From assembly GCA_050298595.1 (NCBI GenBank), contig JBNKUM010000003.1, forward strand, positions 1 to 34,438: 34,438 nucleotides of DNA. The letters run 5' to 3'. The stretch is from Gammaproteobacteria bacterium. Lineage in GTDB: Bacteria; Pseudomonadota; Gammaproteobacteria; GCA-001735895. A model generated the notes under the pieces. It had not been told where the DNA came from. It was given only the letters and a program-made list of their open reading frames with translations, and did no database searches. Both the position numbers and the translations under genes were made by a program. Within the stretch, counting starts at the first letter, position 1. The number at the start of each line of letters is the position of its first letter. Below are positions 21,555 through 29,973 of this stretch, piece after piece.

Positions 21555-21608
21555 AGCGCCGATTTGTATCTCGGCTTGCAGGCGCTCAATAAATCTGGCT
21601 AAAGAGGG
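21555..21608 (+). ncRNA. SAM-II (SAM-alpha) riboswitch
   Basis: AGCGCC-GATTT-GTATCTCGG-CTTGC-A-GGCGCT-CAATAAATCTG-GCTAAAGAGGG. P1 AGCGCC/GGCGCT, conserved GAUUU, UUGC...GCUAAA core, P2a TCTC/GAGG. Located upstream of a methionine biosynthesis gene. Confidence 0.88.
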
Positions 21609-21675
21609 CGAAGTGCTTTCATTCGACAGCAATTCAATTGAAAACCCTCCCGAGTTCTTATCCTGGGAGTACAGT

Positions 21676-22851
21676 ATGAACGACGACATTTATAACTTTG
21701 ATACGCTTGCTATACGCACTGGTCATCAGCGCACTGCTGAAGGTGAACATAGCGAACCTATTTTTCCTACCTCAAGCTTTGTGTTTAATTCTGCCGCAGA
21801 AGCAGCCGCAAGATTTTCCGGCGAGCAACCGGGTAATATCTATGCGCGCTTTACCAATCCCACGGTGCGCGCATTTGAACAGCGCCTGGCGTCACTGGAA
21901 GGTGCCGAGAGCTGTGTGGCGACTGCTTCGGGTATGGCGGCGATACTGTCGGTATGTCTGGCCCTGTTAAAAACGGGTGATCACATACTGTGTTCACGTT
22001 CGGTTTTTGGCACTACTACGGTTTTATTTGAAAAATACCTGGGAAAATTTGGTGTTAGCACAACCTTCGTCGATCTGACCGATATCGATGCCTGGGCACA
22101 GGCGATCACCCCGCAAACGCGTCTGCTGTTTCTGGAAACGCCATCTAACCCATTGACCGAGGTGGCCGATATACAGGCAATGGCTGATCTTGCGCATGCA
22201 CAGGGTTGCCTGCTGGTGGTGGATAACTGTTTCTGTACGCCGGCATTACAACAGCCACTGAAACTGGGTGCCGATATCATTGTACACTCGGCTACCAAGT
22301 ATCTGGATGGGCAGGGTCGCATCGTTGGCGGTGCAGTGGTCGGCAATAAGGAGCTGGTGGGTAATGAGGTATTTGGAGTGATTCGTTCCGGCGGTCCGTG
22401 TATGAGTCCATTTAATGCCTGGGTAGCTCTAAAAGGTCTGGAAACCCTGTCATTACGTATGAGGGCACATTCCAGCAATGCCATGCAGTTGGCTGAGTTT
22501 TTACAGCAGCAGCCTCAGATTGAGCGCGTGTTTTATACCGGACTAGCAGGTCATCCCCAACATGAGCTAGCCAAAGCACAGCAGAAAGGCTTTGGAGGTA
22601 TTGTTTCTTTTCAGGTCAAAGGCGGACGTGAACAGGCGTGGAATTTGATCGATCAGACTCGCATGCTATCGATAACGGCTAATCTGGGTGACACCAAAAC
22701 TACCATCACGCATCCTGCTTCGACCACCCATGGACGTTTAAGTGATGAGCAGAAACAGGCATCCGGTATCACAGAGAGTCTATTACGAGTTGCTGTAGGT
22801 CTGGAGGATATCGAAGATATCATGAGAGATATCGCCAGGGGCCTGGGCTAG
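21676..22851 (+). CDS. metZ: O-succinylhomoserine sulfhydrylase
   Basis: EHSEPIFPTSSF, YARFTNPT, HSATKYLDGQGR (PLP Lys) and ITANLGDTKTTITHPASTTHGR. ATG 21676 has a GGGAG SD; in-frame GTG 21613 is an alternative start. Confidence 0.95.
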   Translation: MNDDIYNFDTLAIRTGHQRTAEGEHSEPIFPTSSFVFNSAAEAAARFSGEQPGNIYARFTNPTVRAFEQRLASLEGAESCVATASGMAAILSVCLALLKTGDHILCSRSVFGTTTVLFEKYLGKFGVSTTFVDLTDIDAWAQAITPQTRLLFLETPSNPLTEVADIQAMADLAHAQGCLLVVDNCFCTPALQQPLKLGADIIVHSATKYLDGQGRIVGGAVVGNKELVGNEVFGVIRSGGPCMSPFNAWVALKGLETLSLRMRAHSSNAMQLAEFLQQQPQIERVFYTGLAGHPQHELAKAQQKGFGGIVSFQVKGGREQAWNLIDQTRMLSITANLGDTKTTITHPASTTHGRLSDEQKQASGITESLLRVAVGLEDIEDIMRDIARGLG

Positions 22852-22857
22852 GCACAA

Positions 22858-23658
22858 ATGTCGGCTGATCTTTATGCGGCTATCTATCAGGCTATCGCAG
22901 AGACAGATCCTCTAGTCAAATGCCAGCTAGCCAGTACGCTTACTCAGAGCTGGACTGAGGGCGGCCTACAGCGCATGAAGGGTGGGGAGGTTCTGGATAT
23001 CGATATCCCCGGACGTCCTCAGTATCCACAGCTGGTCGATCCGCGTAAGGTGCCGCGCAGGTCGCTGGCTACTGAACAGGGGCGGATAGTCATGTTGCAT
23101 TCATTTGCTCATATTGAGTTTAATGCCATTAATCTCGCGCTGGATGCGGCTTATCGTTTTCGCGAGATGCCGGATGACTTTGTCAGTGACTGGTTAAGGG
23201 TTGCAGTTGAAGAAGCTACTCATTTCAGGCTGGTGGCCGATTATTTGCTTGATCTGGGGGCTAGTTACGGGGCTTTTGCTGCACATGATGGCCTATGGGA
23301 TATGGTGTGTAAGACCCGTCACGATGTGTTGCACCGTATGGCACTGGTACCGAGGGTGATGGAAGCCCGAGGGCTGGATGTGACGCCGGGCTTGATGCAA
23401 AAATTTGCTAACATTGGTGATCAGCGCAGTGTCGATATCTTGCAGGTAATCTATCAGGAGGAAATCGGGCATGTGTCTATCGGCAATCGTTGGTATCACT
23501 ATTGCTGTGACCAGCGCGGGTTAAATGCGCGGGAAACCTTTGTAGCGCTGATTGGAGAATATTTTTCAGGTCGTTTACGCGGGCCCTTTAATCATGCGGC
23601 CAGACTAGAGGCTGGCTTTGAAGAAGATGAATTGACTCAACTGGAAAGCTGTTTATGA
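22858..23658 (+). CDS. DUF455 family ferritin-like / diiron protein
   Basis: HSFAHIEFNAINLALD, EEATHF, MEARGLDVTP and EEIGHVSIG carboxylate/His motifs. Confidence 0.85.
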   Translation: MSADLYAAIYQAIAETDPLVKCQLASTLTQSWTEGGLQRMKGGEVLDIDIPGRPQYPQLVDPRKVPRRSLATEQGRIVMLHSFAHIEFNAINLALDAAYRFREMPDDFVSDWLRVAVEEATHFRLVADYLLDLGASYGAFAAHDGLWDMVCKTRHDVLHRMALVPRVMEARGLDVTPGLMQKFANIGDQRSVDILQVIYQEEIGHVSIGNRWYHYCCDQRGLNARETFVALIGEYFSGRLRGPFNHAARLEAGFEEDELTQLESCL

Positions 23659-24347
23659 AAAAATACCAGACCATTGTTTGCGCGGCATTACTTCTAGTGT
23701 GTCGACTGAGTTATGCACTCGATATTCCGATGACTCAGCTTATCTTTGAAGAATTAGAGCCGGGGATTGAACCCTATACCAGTCGACTTTTAATGAATAA
23801 GCGCTATTTGCGCCTTGATGATGGCAATGATGCCGGAGACTTCGTGCTATTTGACCGGGTTAAGGGGGAAATCTATAACATTAATCATCAAGATCAATCA
23901 ATGATTGCTGTTCAGCGTACAGCTCCGATTGGGCTGGATATTCCTGTATCTTTTATAGTTGAGCGTGATGCCTTGAAAAATGCTCCCCGGGTGGACAATA
24001 TTGGGGCGGTCGAACACCGTTTTATTGCTGAAGGGAAGCTGTGTAAGACGTCGATAAATTTTACCGGGCTGTTACCCGATGTGGCGAGAGCGCTGACCCA
24101 GTACCAGTATGTGTTAATGCAACAAAATCAGAAGACTTTTTCAGCTATTCCTGACAATGTAAAAACCCCCTGTTATCTGGCTAATAATTACTTCCATCAA
24201 AGCGCCGAGTTTCAGGTGGGTTTTCCGGTACTTGTGCGTGATTATCAGGGACGCGAGAAACGACTGCTGGATTTTGCCGAGATTAATAAGTCATCCAGGT
24301 TATTTGATCGACCTGAAGGCTATCGGGTTTATTACCCGACAGACTAA
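23655..24347 (+). CDS. Hypothetical exported protein
   Basis: 230 aa with a Sec-type signal (MKKYQTIVCAALLLVCRLSYA); ATGA overlap with the DUF455 gene. No family recognised with confidence. Confidence 0.7.
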   Translation: MKKYQTIVCAALLLVCRLSYALDIPMTQLIFEELEPGIEPYTSRLLMNKRYLRLDDGNDAGDFVLFDRVKGEIYNINHQDQSMIAVQRTAPIGLDIPVSFIVERDALKNAPRVDNIGAVEHRFIAEGKLCKTSINFTGLLPDVARALTQYQYVLMQQNQKTFSAIPDNVKTPCYLANNYFHQSAEFQVGFPVLVRDYQGREKRLLDFAEINKSSRLFDRPEGYRVYYPTD

Positions 24348-25066
24348 ATGCGGGAATCATACAGTGTGAACCTACCCTTATCCCAGCTTAGATAGCTTGC
24401 TTCAGGTTGCCAGTCGCCGAGTACGATTCTTTGCCTGGCTCCGCTTAGCTGATGAATGGCGGGTCGATGGGTATGACCATGGATCAATATATCAATATCC
24501 AGATCAGCAAAGGTCTGTTCAACGGTTTGTTTGTTCACATCCATGATTTGACTGCTCTTCTGGTCCATCGCCTCGGCCGATTTCCTGCGTAATGCCTCTG
24601 CAATGCCCTGGCGCTCTGATAATGGTTTGGCGAGAAACTCCTGTTGCCATTGTGGGTGACGCACCAGTTTGCGAAAATTCTGATAATCCACATCGTCGCT
24701 ACACAGTAGGTCGCCATGCATCAATGCGATTTTTTGTTCGCCTAGCTGTAATAGATGAGGGTCGCTCAACAGGGTCATATTGAGACTTTCAGCGAGATTC
24801 TGGCCCACAAGAAAATCACGATTACCATGCGTAAAGAATAGCTCTGCAGCGCCTGAGAATTCTTTTAACGCAGCAAAAACTTCAGCGAAAGTATCTGTTT
24901 CATCGTCATCACCTAGCCAGACCTCAAATAAGTCGCCCAGAATATACAAAGCCCGTGCATCAATAGCACGGGCTTTGAGAAAGGATAAAAACTGCTGGAT
25001 GATTTCCGGCTTATCCTGATCCAGATGCAGATCAGAGATAAACAGGATTTCAGTATTTTTGCTCAC
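24344..25066 (-). CDS. lpxH: UDP-2,3-diacylglucosamine hydrolase
   Basis: FISDLHL, YILGDLFEVWLGDD, HGNRDF, HGD, IHGHTHRP and RIVLGDW; downstream of ppiB. Confidence 0.97.
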   Translation of the reverse strand: MSKNTEILFISDLHLDQDKPEIIQQFLSFLKARAIDARALYILGDLFEVWLGDDDETDTFAEVFAALKEFSGAAELFFTHGNRDFLVGQNLAESLNMTLLSDPHLLQLGEQKIALMHGDLLCSDDVDYQNFRKLVRHPQWQQEFLAKPLSERQGIAEALRRKSAEAMDQKSSQIMDVNKQTVEQTFADLDIDILIHGHTHRPAIHQLSGARQRIVLGDWQPEASYLSWDKGRFTLYDSRI

Positions 25067-25675
25067 TTATAGTTTTTTAACACCGGTAATGGTGATGGTT
25101 TCCAGAGGTACATCCTGATGACCACCTTTGCTACCCGTGTTAACTGCAGCGATTTCGTCCACTATGTCCATGCCTTCGGTAACCTTACCAAATACGGCGT
25201 AGCCCCAGCCCTGCATGCTTTCACTGCTGAAGTTCAGGAAATCATTATCCTTGTGGTTAATGAAAAACTGCGAAGTGGCTGAATGTGGATCATTGGTGCG
25301 CGCCATAGCCAGTGTGCCACGGTCATTCTTCAGGCCATTATTGGCCTCATTCTTAATGGGGGCGTGTTTACTCGGCTTGTCACTCATATCAGCAGTTAGT
25401 CCGCCACACTGGATCATAAAGTTAGGAATAACTCTGTGGAAAATGGTATCGGTATAATAACCATCGTCAACATATGTCAGAAAATTGGCGACGGTATTAG
25501 GTGCATTTTCAGCATCCAGTTCAACTGTGATATTACCTTTAGTAGTTTCAATTACCACAACCGGGTTGTTATTTGCTTCATCATTCATGGGTTTTTCACC
25601 TTTAAAGGTATTAAAAAGAACAAGAGAAAGGATGGCCGTAATAACGACTACTAGTGAAATCAGTGACTTATTCAT
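25067..25675 (-). CDS. ppiB: Cyclophilin-type peptidyl-prolyl cis-trans isomerase with N-terminal hydrophobic anchor
   Basis: [30 protein letters not shown] and [10 protein letters not shown]. Possible starts are ATG 25675 (or TTG 25678) and an internal ATG at 25588. Confidence 0.92.
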   Translation of the reverse strand: MNKSLISLVVVITAILSLVLFNTFKGEKPMNDEANNNPVVVIETTKGNITVELDAENAPNTVANFLTYVDDGYYTDTIFHRVIPNFMIQCGGLTADMSDKPSKHAPIKNEANNGLKNDRGTLAMARTNDPHSATSQFFINHKDNDFLNFSSESMQGWGYAVFGKVTEGMDIVDEIAAVNTGSKGGHQDVPLETITITGVKKL

Positions 25676-25836
25676 CAACTTTCCATTGCGGGTATTAAAC
25701 GAAGCGGAATTCTAACTGATTTGACGCTGATGAGGGAAGGGGGGAGATTGCAACATAATTTACCAGCTATGTAGGCTTTTACTGTCGGGTGATTTAAACT
25801 GCATACGGTTTTCAGTTTATGCATCGAAAAGGGTTT

Positions 25837-27222
25837 ATGTTAAAAATTTACAACACTCTGAGTAATAAAAAAGAAGTATTTCAGCCGATTGAAGAAGGCA
25901 AGGTGCGCATGTATGTGTGCGGCATGACCGTCTACGATTACTGCCATATTGGGCACGCGAGGGTGCTGGTGGTTTTTGATGTGGTGTATCGATTTTTGAA
26001 ACATCTGGGTTATGACGTGACCTACATTCGCAATATTACCGATATCGACGATAAGATTATTCAGCGCGCGAATGAGAATAAAGAAGACTTCCATGCCCTG
26101 ACTGAGCGCTTTATTGACGCAATGCATCAGGATACCGATGCATTAGGGGTATTACGACCCGATAGTGAGCCTAAAGCTACCGATAATATGCCAGCTATTT
26201 TGAGTATGATTGAAACGCTGGTTGAGAAAGGCTTTGCTTACCCTGCTGCGAATGGAGATGTCTATTTTGCGGTAGAAAAATTCAAGCAGTATGGCAAGTT
26301 ATCGGGTAAGAGGATCGAAGACCTGCGCGCCGGTGAGCGTGTAGAGGTGGATACGTCGAAACGTGATCCACTGGATTTTGTGCTGTGGAAGAAGGCCAAG
26401 GCGGATGAGCCCTTCTGGCCTTCGCCCTATGGTGATGGTCGTCCCGGCTGGCATATAGAGTGTTCGGCTATGTCTACTCAGATGCTGGGCAATCACTTTG
26501 ATATCCATGGTGGTGGGCAGGATTTGCAGTTTCCTCACCATGAGAATGAAATCGCACAGAGTGAATGCTGCACCGGTGAGCCATTCGTCAATTACTGGAT
26601 GCATAATGGCTTTGTCAGAGTTAATGAAGAGAAAATGTCCAAATCGTTAGGTAATTTCTTCACCCTGCGCGATGTATTGAAAGAATATCGAGCGGAGGAG
26701 ATTCGTTATTTTATTTTAAATAGCCATTATCGCAGCCCATTAAACTATTCCGACGAGCAGTTAAATCTGGCGCGCAGTGGGTTAACTCGTTTATATACGG
26801 CACTACTAGACGCTCCAACTGCTCAAGCCATACCAGCCGATTCCAGCTATCAACAACAGTTTGAAGCGGCTTTGAAGGATGACTTTAATACCGCTGATGC
26901 CATGGCAGTGCTGTTCGAACTGGCCAGAGAATTGAACAAAGCCAAGACCGAGGGTAGTGTAGAAGTGGCTGAACTGGCGTCTTTATTAAAATATTTGGCA
27001 AATTTAATTGGTTTGCTGGAGAGCGAGGCTGCTGACTTTCTGAAATCATCAGTGAGTCATGATGGCCTCACTGATGTAGAGATCGATGAAAAGATTATCC
27101 AGCGCCAACAGGCTAAAACCAATAAGGACTGGGCTCTGGCAGATCAAATACGCGATGAATTAACCGCAGCGGGAATCGTTCTGGAAGACGCTGCAGAAGG
27201 TACACGTTGGAGAAGAAGCTAG
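25837..27222 (+). CDS. cysS: Cysteine--tRNA ligase
   Basis: [28 protein letters not shown] and KMSKS. ATG 25837 preferred. Confidence 0.98.
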   Translation: MLKIYNTLSNKKEVFQPIEEGKVRMYVCGMTVYDYCHIGHARVLVVFDVVYRFLKHLGYDVTYIRNITDIDDKIIQRANENKEDFHALTERFIDAMHQDTDALGVLRPDSEPKATDNMPAILSMIETLVEKGFAYPAANGDVYFAVEKFKQYGKLSGKRIEDLRAGERVEVDTSKRDPLDFVLWKKAKADEPFWPSPYGDGRPGWHIECSAMSTQMLGNHFDIHGGGQDLQFPHHENEIAQSECCTGEPFVNYWMHNGFVRVNEEKMSKSLGNFFTLRDVLKEYRAEEIRYFILNSHYRSPLNYSDEQLNLARSGLTRLYTALLDAPTAQAIPADSSYQQQFEAALKDDFNTADAMAVLFELARELNKAKTEGSVEVAELASLLKYLANLIGLLESEAADFLKSSVSHDGLTDVEIDEKIIQRQQAKTNKDWALADQIRDELTAAGIVLEDAAEGTRWRRS

Positions 27223-27283
27223 TTATAAATTCTGAAGGATTTGAAAAAAATCCTGAAACTGCAATTATTTGTGCAATGGTTGA

Positions 27284-27320
27284 TTGACGGGGTTAGGTGA
27301 TTTGCGTATTATTCCGCGCC
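27284..27320 (+). promoter_or_regulatory. Sigma70 stable-RNA promoter of the tRNA cluster
   Basis: TTGACG (27284-27289), 17 nt, TATTAT (27307-27312), then GC-rich discriminator TCCGCGCC. Confidence 0.75.
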
Positions 27321-27339
27321 TTGCTGATAGATCAACATT

Positions 27340-27416
27340 CGGGGTGTAGCGCAGCCTGGTAGCGCAACTGCTTTGGGAGCAGTGGGTCGGGGGTTCGAAT
27401 CCCTCCTCCCCGACCA
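27340..27416 (+). tRNA. tRNA-Pro(TGG)
   Basis: Cloverleaf; anticodon arm ACTGC-TTTGGGA-GCAGT, TTCGAAT loop, encoded CCA. Confidence 0.97.
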
Positions 27417-27506
27417 ATCTCAGCATAACGAAAAGTCCCGATGGGCAGGATGCCTTAGGTTTTTTGTTGGTTTTTTACAAAAAACTCATGCGGAGATTAG
27501 ATTTCT

Positions 27507-27583
27507 GCGCCCGTAGCTCATCAGGATAGAGCATCGGCCTTCTAAGCCGAGGGTAGCAGGTTCGAATCCTGCCGGGCGCGCCA
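27507..27583 (+). tRNA. tRNA-Arg(TCT)
   Basis: GCGCCCG/CGGGCGC acceptor stem, TCGGC-CTTCTAA-GCCGA anticodon arm, CCA. Confidence 0.97.
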
Positions 27584-27590
27584 TTTTAAT

Positions 27591-27667
27591 GGTGGACGTA
27601 GCTCAGTTGGTAGAGTCCCGGATTGTGATTCCGGTCGTCGTGGGTTCGAGCCCCATCGTCCACCCCA
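27591..27667 (+). tRNA. tRNA-His(GTG), with encoded G-1
   Basis: G-1 plus GTGGACG/CGTCCAC acceptor stem, C73, CCGGA-TTGTGAT-TCCGG anticodon arm, CCA. Confidence 0.97.
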
Positions 27668-27743
27668 TATAATGAGCATCATATTGGTGCAAAAAAAATA
27701 GTTAATGGAAGTTATCATCAGACGCTCCATAATTAAGACCATC

Positions 27744-27828
27744 GCGGAAGTGGTGAAATTGGTATACACGCCAGATTTAGGTTCTGGTGCCGCAAGGCGT
27801 GAGAGTTCGAGTCTCTCCTTCCGCACCA
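27744..27828 (+). tRNA. tRNA-Leu(TAG)
   Basis: GCGGAAG/CTTCCGC acceptor stem, CCAGA-TTTAGGT-TCTGG anticodon arm, long variable arm, CCA. Confidence 0.97.
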
Positions 27829-27867
27829 ATTTTTAATCCCCAGTACAAAAAACTCACGAGTTTCAAC

Positions 27868-29178
27868 ATGCAAGTATCAATAGAATCTCTGGAAGGACTG
27901 CAACGTAAAATGACAGTTCTGGTTCCTGCCGATCAAATCACGTCAGCATTCGACAAGAAAGTAAAACAGCTAAGTAAAACCGTTAAACTGGATGGGTTTC
28001 GACCTGGCAAGGTTCCGGTGAGCGTTGTAAAACAGAAATATGGCGCTCAGATTCGTTCAGAGGTAATGGGGGATTTAATCGAATCTTCATACCGTGATGC
28101 GATCATTCAGGAAAAGATACGTCCTGCCAGCATGCCTGAAATCAAACCTGTTGACGGTGCTGATACTGAAGATATGACTTATGATGCGATCTTCGAAGTC
28201 TATCCTGAAATCGAGTCGGTTGAGCTGAGCTCTATTGAAGTTGAAAAACCGGCTGCTGAAATCAAGGATGAAGATCTGGATAACATGATCAAGAAGCTAC
28301 TCGAGCAACGCAAGGAGTGGGTTGAGGTAGAAAGAGCCGCAGTTGATGGTGATCAGGTGAAGGCTGATTATGATGGTAAGATTGATGGTGAAGCTTTTAC
28401 TGGCGGTTCTGGCAAAGATGTGGCTATCGAGATTGGTGCTGGCCGTATGCTTAAAGAATTCGAAGATGGTCTGAAAGGTATGTCCAAGGGTGAAGAAAAG
28501 ACCGTGGATGTAGCTTTTCCGGAAGATTATCACGGCAAGGATGTTGCAGGTAAAACTGCTCAATTTGTCCTCAAGGTAAGCAAGGTATCAGAACCCAAAT
28601 TGCCAGAGCTAAATGAAGAACTGGTTAAATCATTTGGTGTTGAAAGTGGCGATATCGAAGCTTTCAAAAAAGACGTTCGCCAGAATATGGAAAAAGAACT
28701 GGCTCAAAAGGTTAAAACTTCAGTAAAAAATGCTGTTATGACAGCACTGCTGAGTAAGAATGATGTAGCTGCTCCTAAAGCCCTGGTTGACGATGAAATA
28801 AAGAATCTGAAGCAGCAGATGGCTCAAAACATGGGGCAGGATCCTTCCAAAATGGATCTCGGCAGTTTTCCTGACGAATTATTTGAGGAAGAGGGTTCAC
28901 GTCGGGTTAAACTCGGACTGTTGGTCGGTGAATTGATTCGTATTGAAGGAATCAAGTTGAGCCAGGATCGTGTCAATGAAACGTTGCAGGAAATGGCTGA
29001 GACCTATGAAGAGCCTCAACAGGTAGTCGATTACTACACAAAAAATAAGAATGCACGTGCAAGTTTAGAAGGCATGGTACTTGAAGATCAGGTGGTTGAC
29101 TATATTTTGGAAAAAGCGACCGTTACTGAAAAAGTCTTTGGTTTCGAGGAAATGATGAACGGGCCCGCACCAAAATAG
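27868..29178 (+). CDS. tig: Trigger factor
   Basis: MQVSIE start, GFRPGKVP ribosome-binding motif, FKBP domain (FPEDYH). The track's start lies inside tRNA-Leu and was corrected. Confidence 0.97.
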   Translation: MQVSIESLEGLQRKMTVLVPADQITSAFDKKVKQLSKTVKLDGFRPGKVPVSVVKQKYGAQIRSEVMGDLIESSYRDAIIQEKIRPASMPEIKPVDGADTEDMTYDAIFEVYPEIESVELSSIEVEKPAAEIKDEDLDNMIKKLLEQRKEWVEVERAAVDGDQVKADYDGKIDGEAFTGGSGKDVAIEIGAGRMLKEFEDGLKGMSKGEEKTVDVAFPEDYHGKDVAGKTAQFVLKVSKVSEPKLPELNEELVKSFGVESGDIEAFKKDVRQNMEKELAQKVKTSVKNAVMTALLSKNDVAAPKALVDDEIKNLKQQMAQNMGQDPSKMDLGSFPDELFEEEGSRRVKLGLLVGELIRIEGIKLSQDRVNETLQEMAETYEEPQQVVDYYTKNKNARASLEGMVLEDQVVDYILEKATVTEKVFGFEEMMNGPAPK

Positions 29179-29200
29179 AACAGTTTCAGGAGAGTATCTA

Positions 29201-29848
29201 ATGAGTCAGATTTATACCGGAAAAGGTATGCAAAGTAGTTCTAGTCCTCAGGCAAATCTGGTGCCTATGGTAGTAGAGCAGTCTTCACGCGGAGAACGTG
29301 CATATGACATATATTCTCGTCTGCTAAAAGAACGCGTCATTTTTGTAGTAGGTCAGATTGAAGATCATATGGCAAATCTGATCGTTGCCCAACTGCTGTT
29401 TCTGGAATCAGAAAACCCGGACAAAGATATCTCACTATATATCAACAGCCCCGGTGGTGTAGTGACTGCTGGGCTGGCTATTTATGACACCATGCAATTT
29501 ATCAAGGCCGATGTGAGTACCTTATGTATTGGTCAGGCGGCCAGTATGGGCGCTATACTGCTAGCCGGTGGTGCTGATGGCAAGCGTTATGGCCTGCCAC
29601 ATTCCAGAGTCATGATCCATCAGCCTCTGGGCGGCTTTCAGGGCCAGGCCAGTGATTTTGAAATTCATGCCAAAGAAATTCTTTCCACTCGTTCAAGACT
29701 GAATAAATTACTCGCTCACCATTGTAAAAAGGATGAAGAGATTATCGCTAATGATACTGAACGCGATAATTTCATGAGTGCCGACGAGTCAGTCGAATAT
29801 GGATTAATTGATGAGGTTTTGAGCACTCGCGCCGATACATCTAAATAG
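29201..29848 (+). CDS. clpP: ATP-dependent Clp protease proteolytic subunit
   Basis: [24 protein letters not shown] (Ser), MIHQP (His) and ERDNF (Asp). AGGAG SD. Confidence 0.98.
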   Translation: MSQIYTGKGMQSSSSPQANLVPMVVEQSSRGERAYDIYSRLLKERVIFVVGQIEDHMANLIVAQLLFLESENPDKDISLYINSPGGVVTAGLAIYDTMQFIKADVSTLCIGQAASMGAILLAGGADGKRYGLPHSRVMIHQPLGGFQGQASDFEIHAKEILSTRSRLNKLLAHHCKKDEEIIANDTERDNFMSADESVEYGLIDEVLSTRADTSK

Positions 29849-29973
29849 AAGACCTTTTTCCTCGCTTGTTTGAGGCGAATTAATCTCATTTTGTGTTTTT
29901 TATGAGTTGTGCAAAATGATATGGTCTAATATCATCGGTAGAAACTTAAATACTTTAGATAGCGGATTAAGCA

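Noticed and set aside
27459-27485. GTTTTTTGT/ACAAAAAAC inverted repeat in the Pro-Arg tRNA spacer
   Set aside because: It is an AT-rich stem without a downstream U-tract, most likely ordinary spacer structure rather than a terminator or mobile repeat.
27542-27867. 95-aa minus-strand ORF (MVRKERLELS...) and the tig N-terminal extension
   Set aside because: These are spurious translations of the tRNA-Leu/His/Arg genes. The real tig start is ATG 27868.
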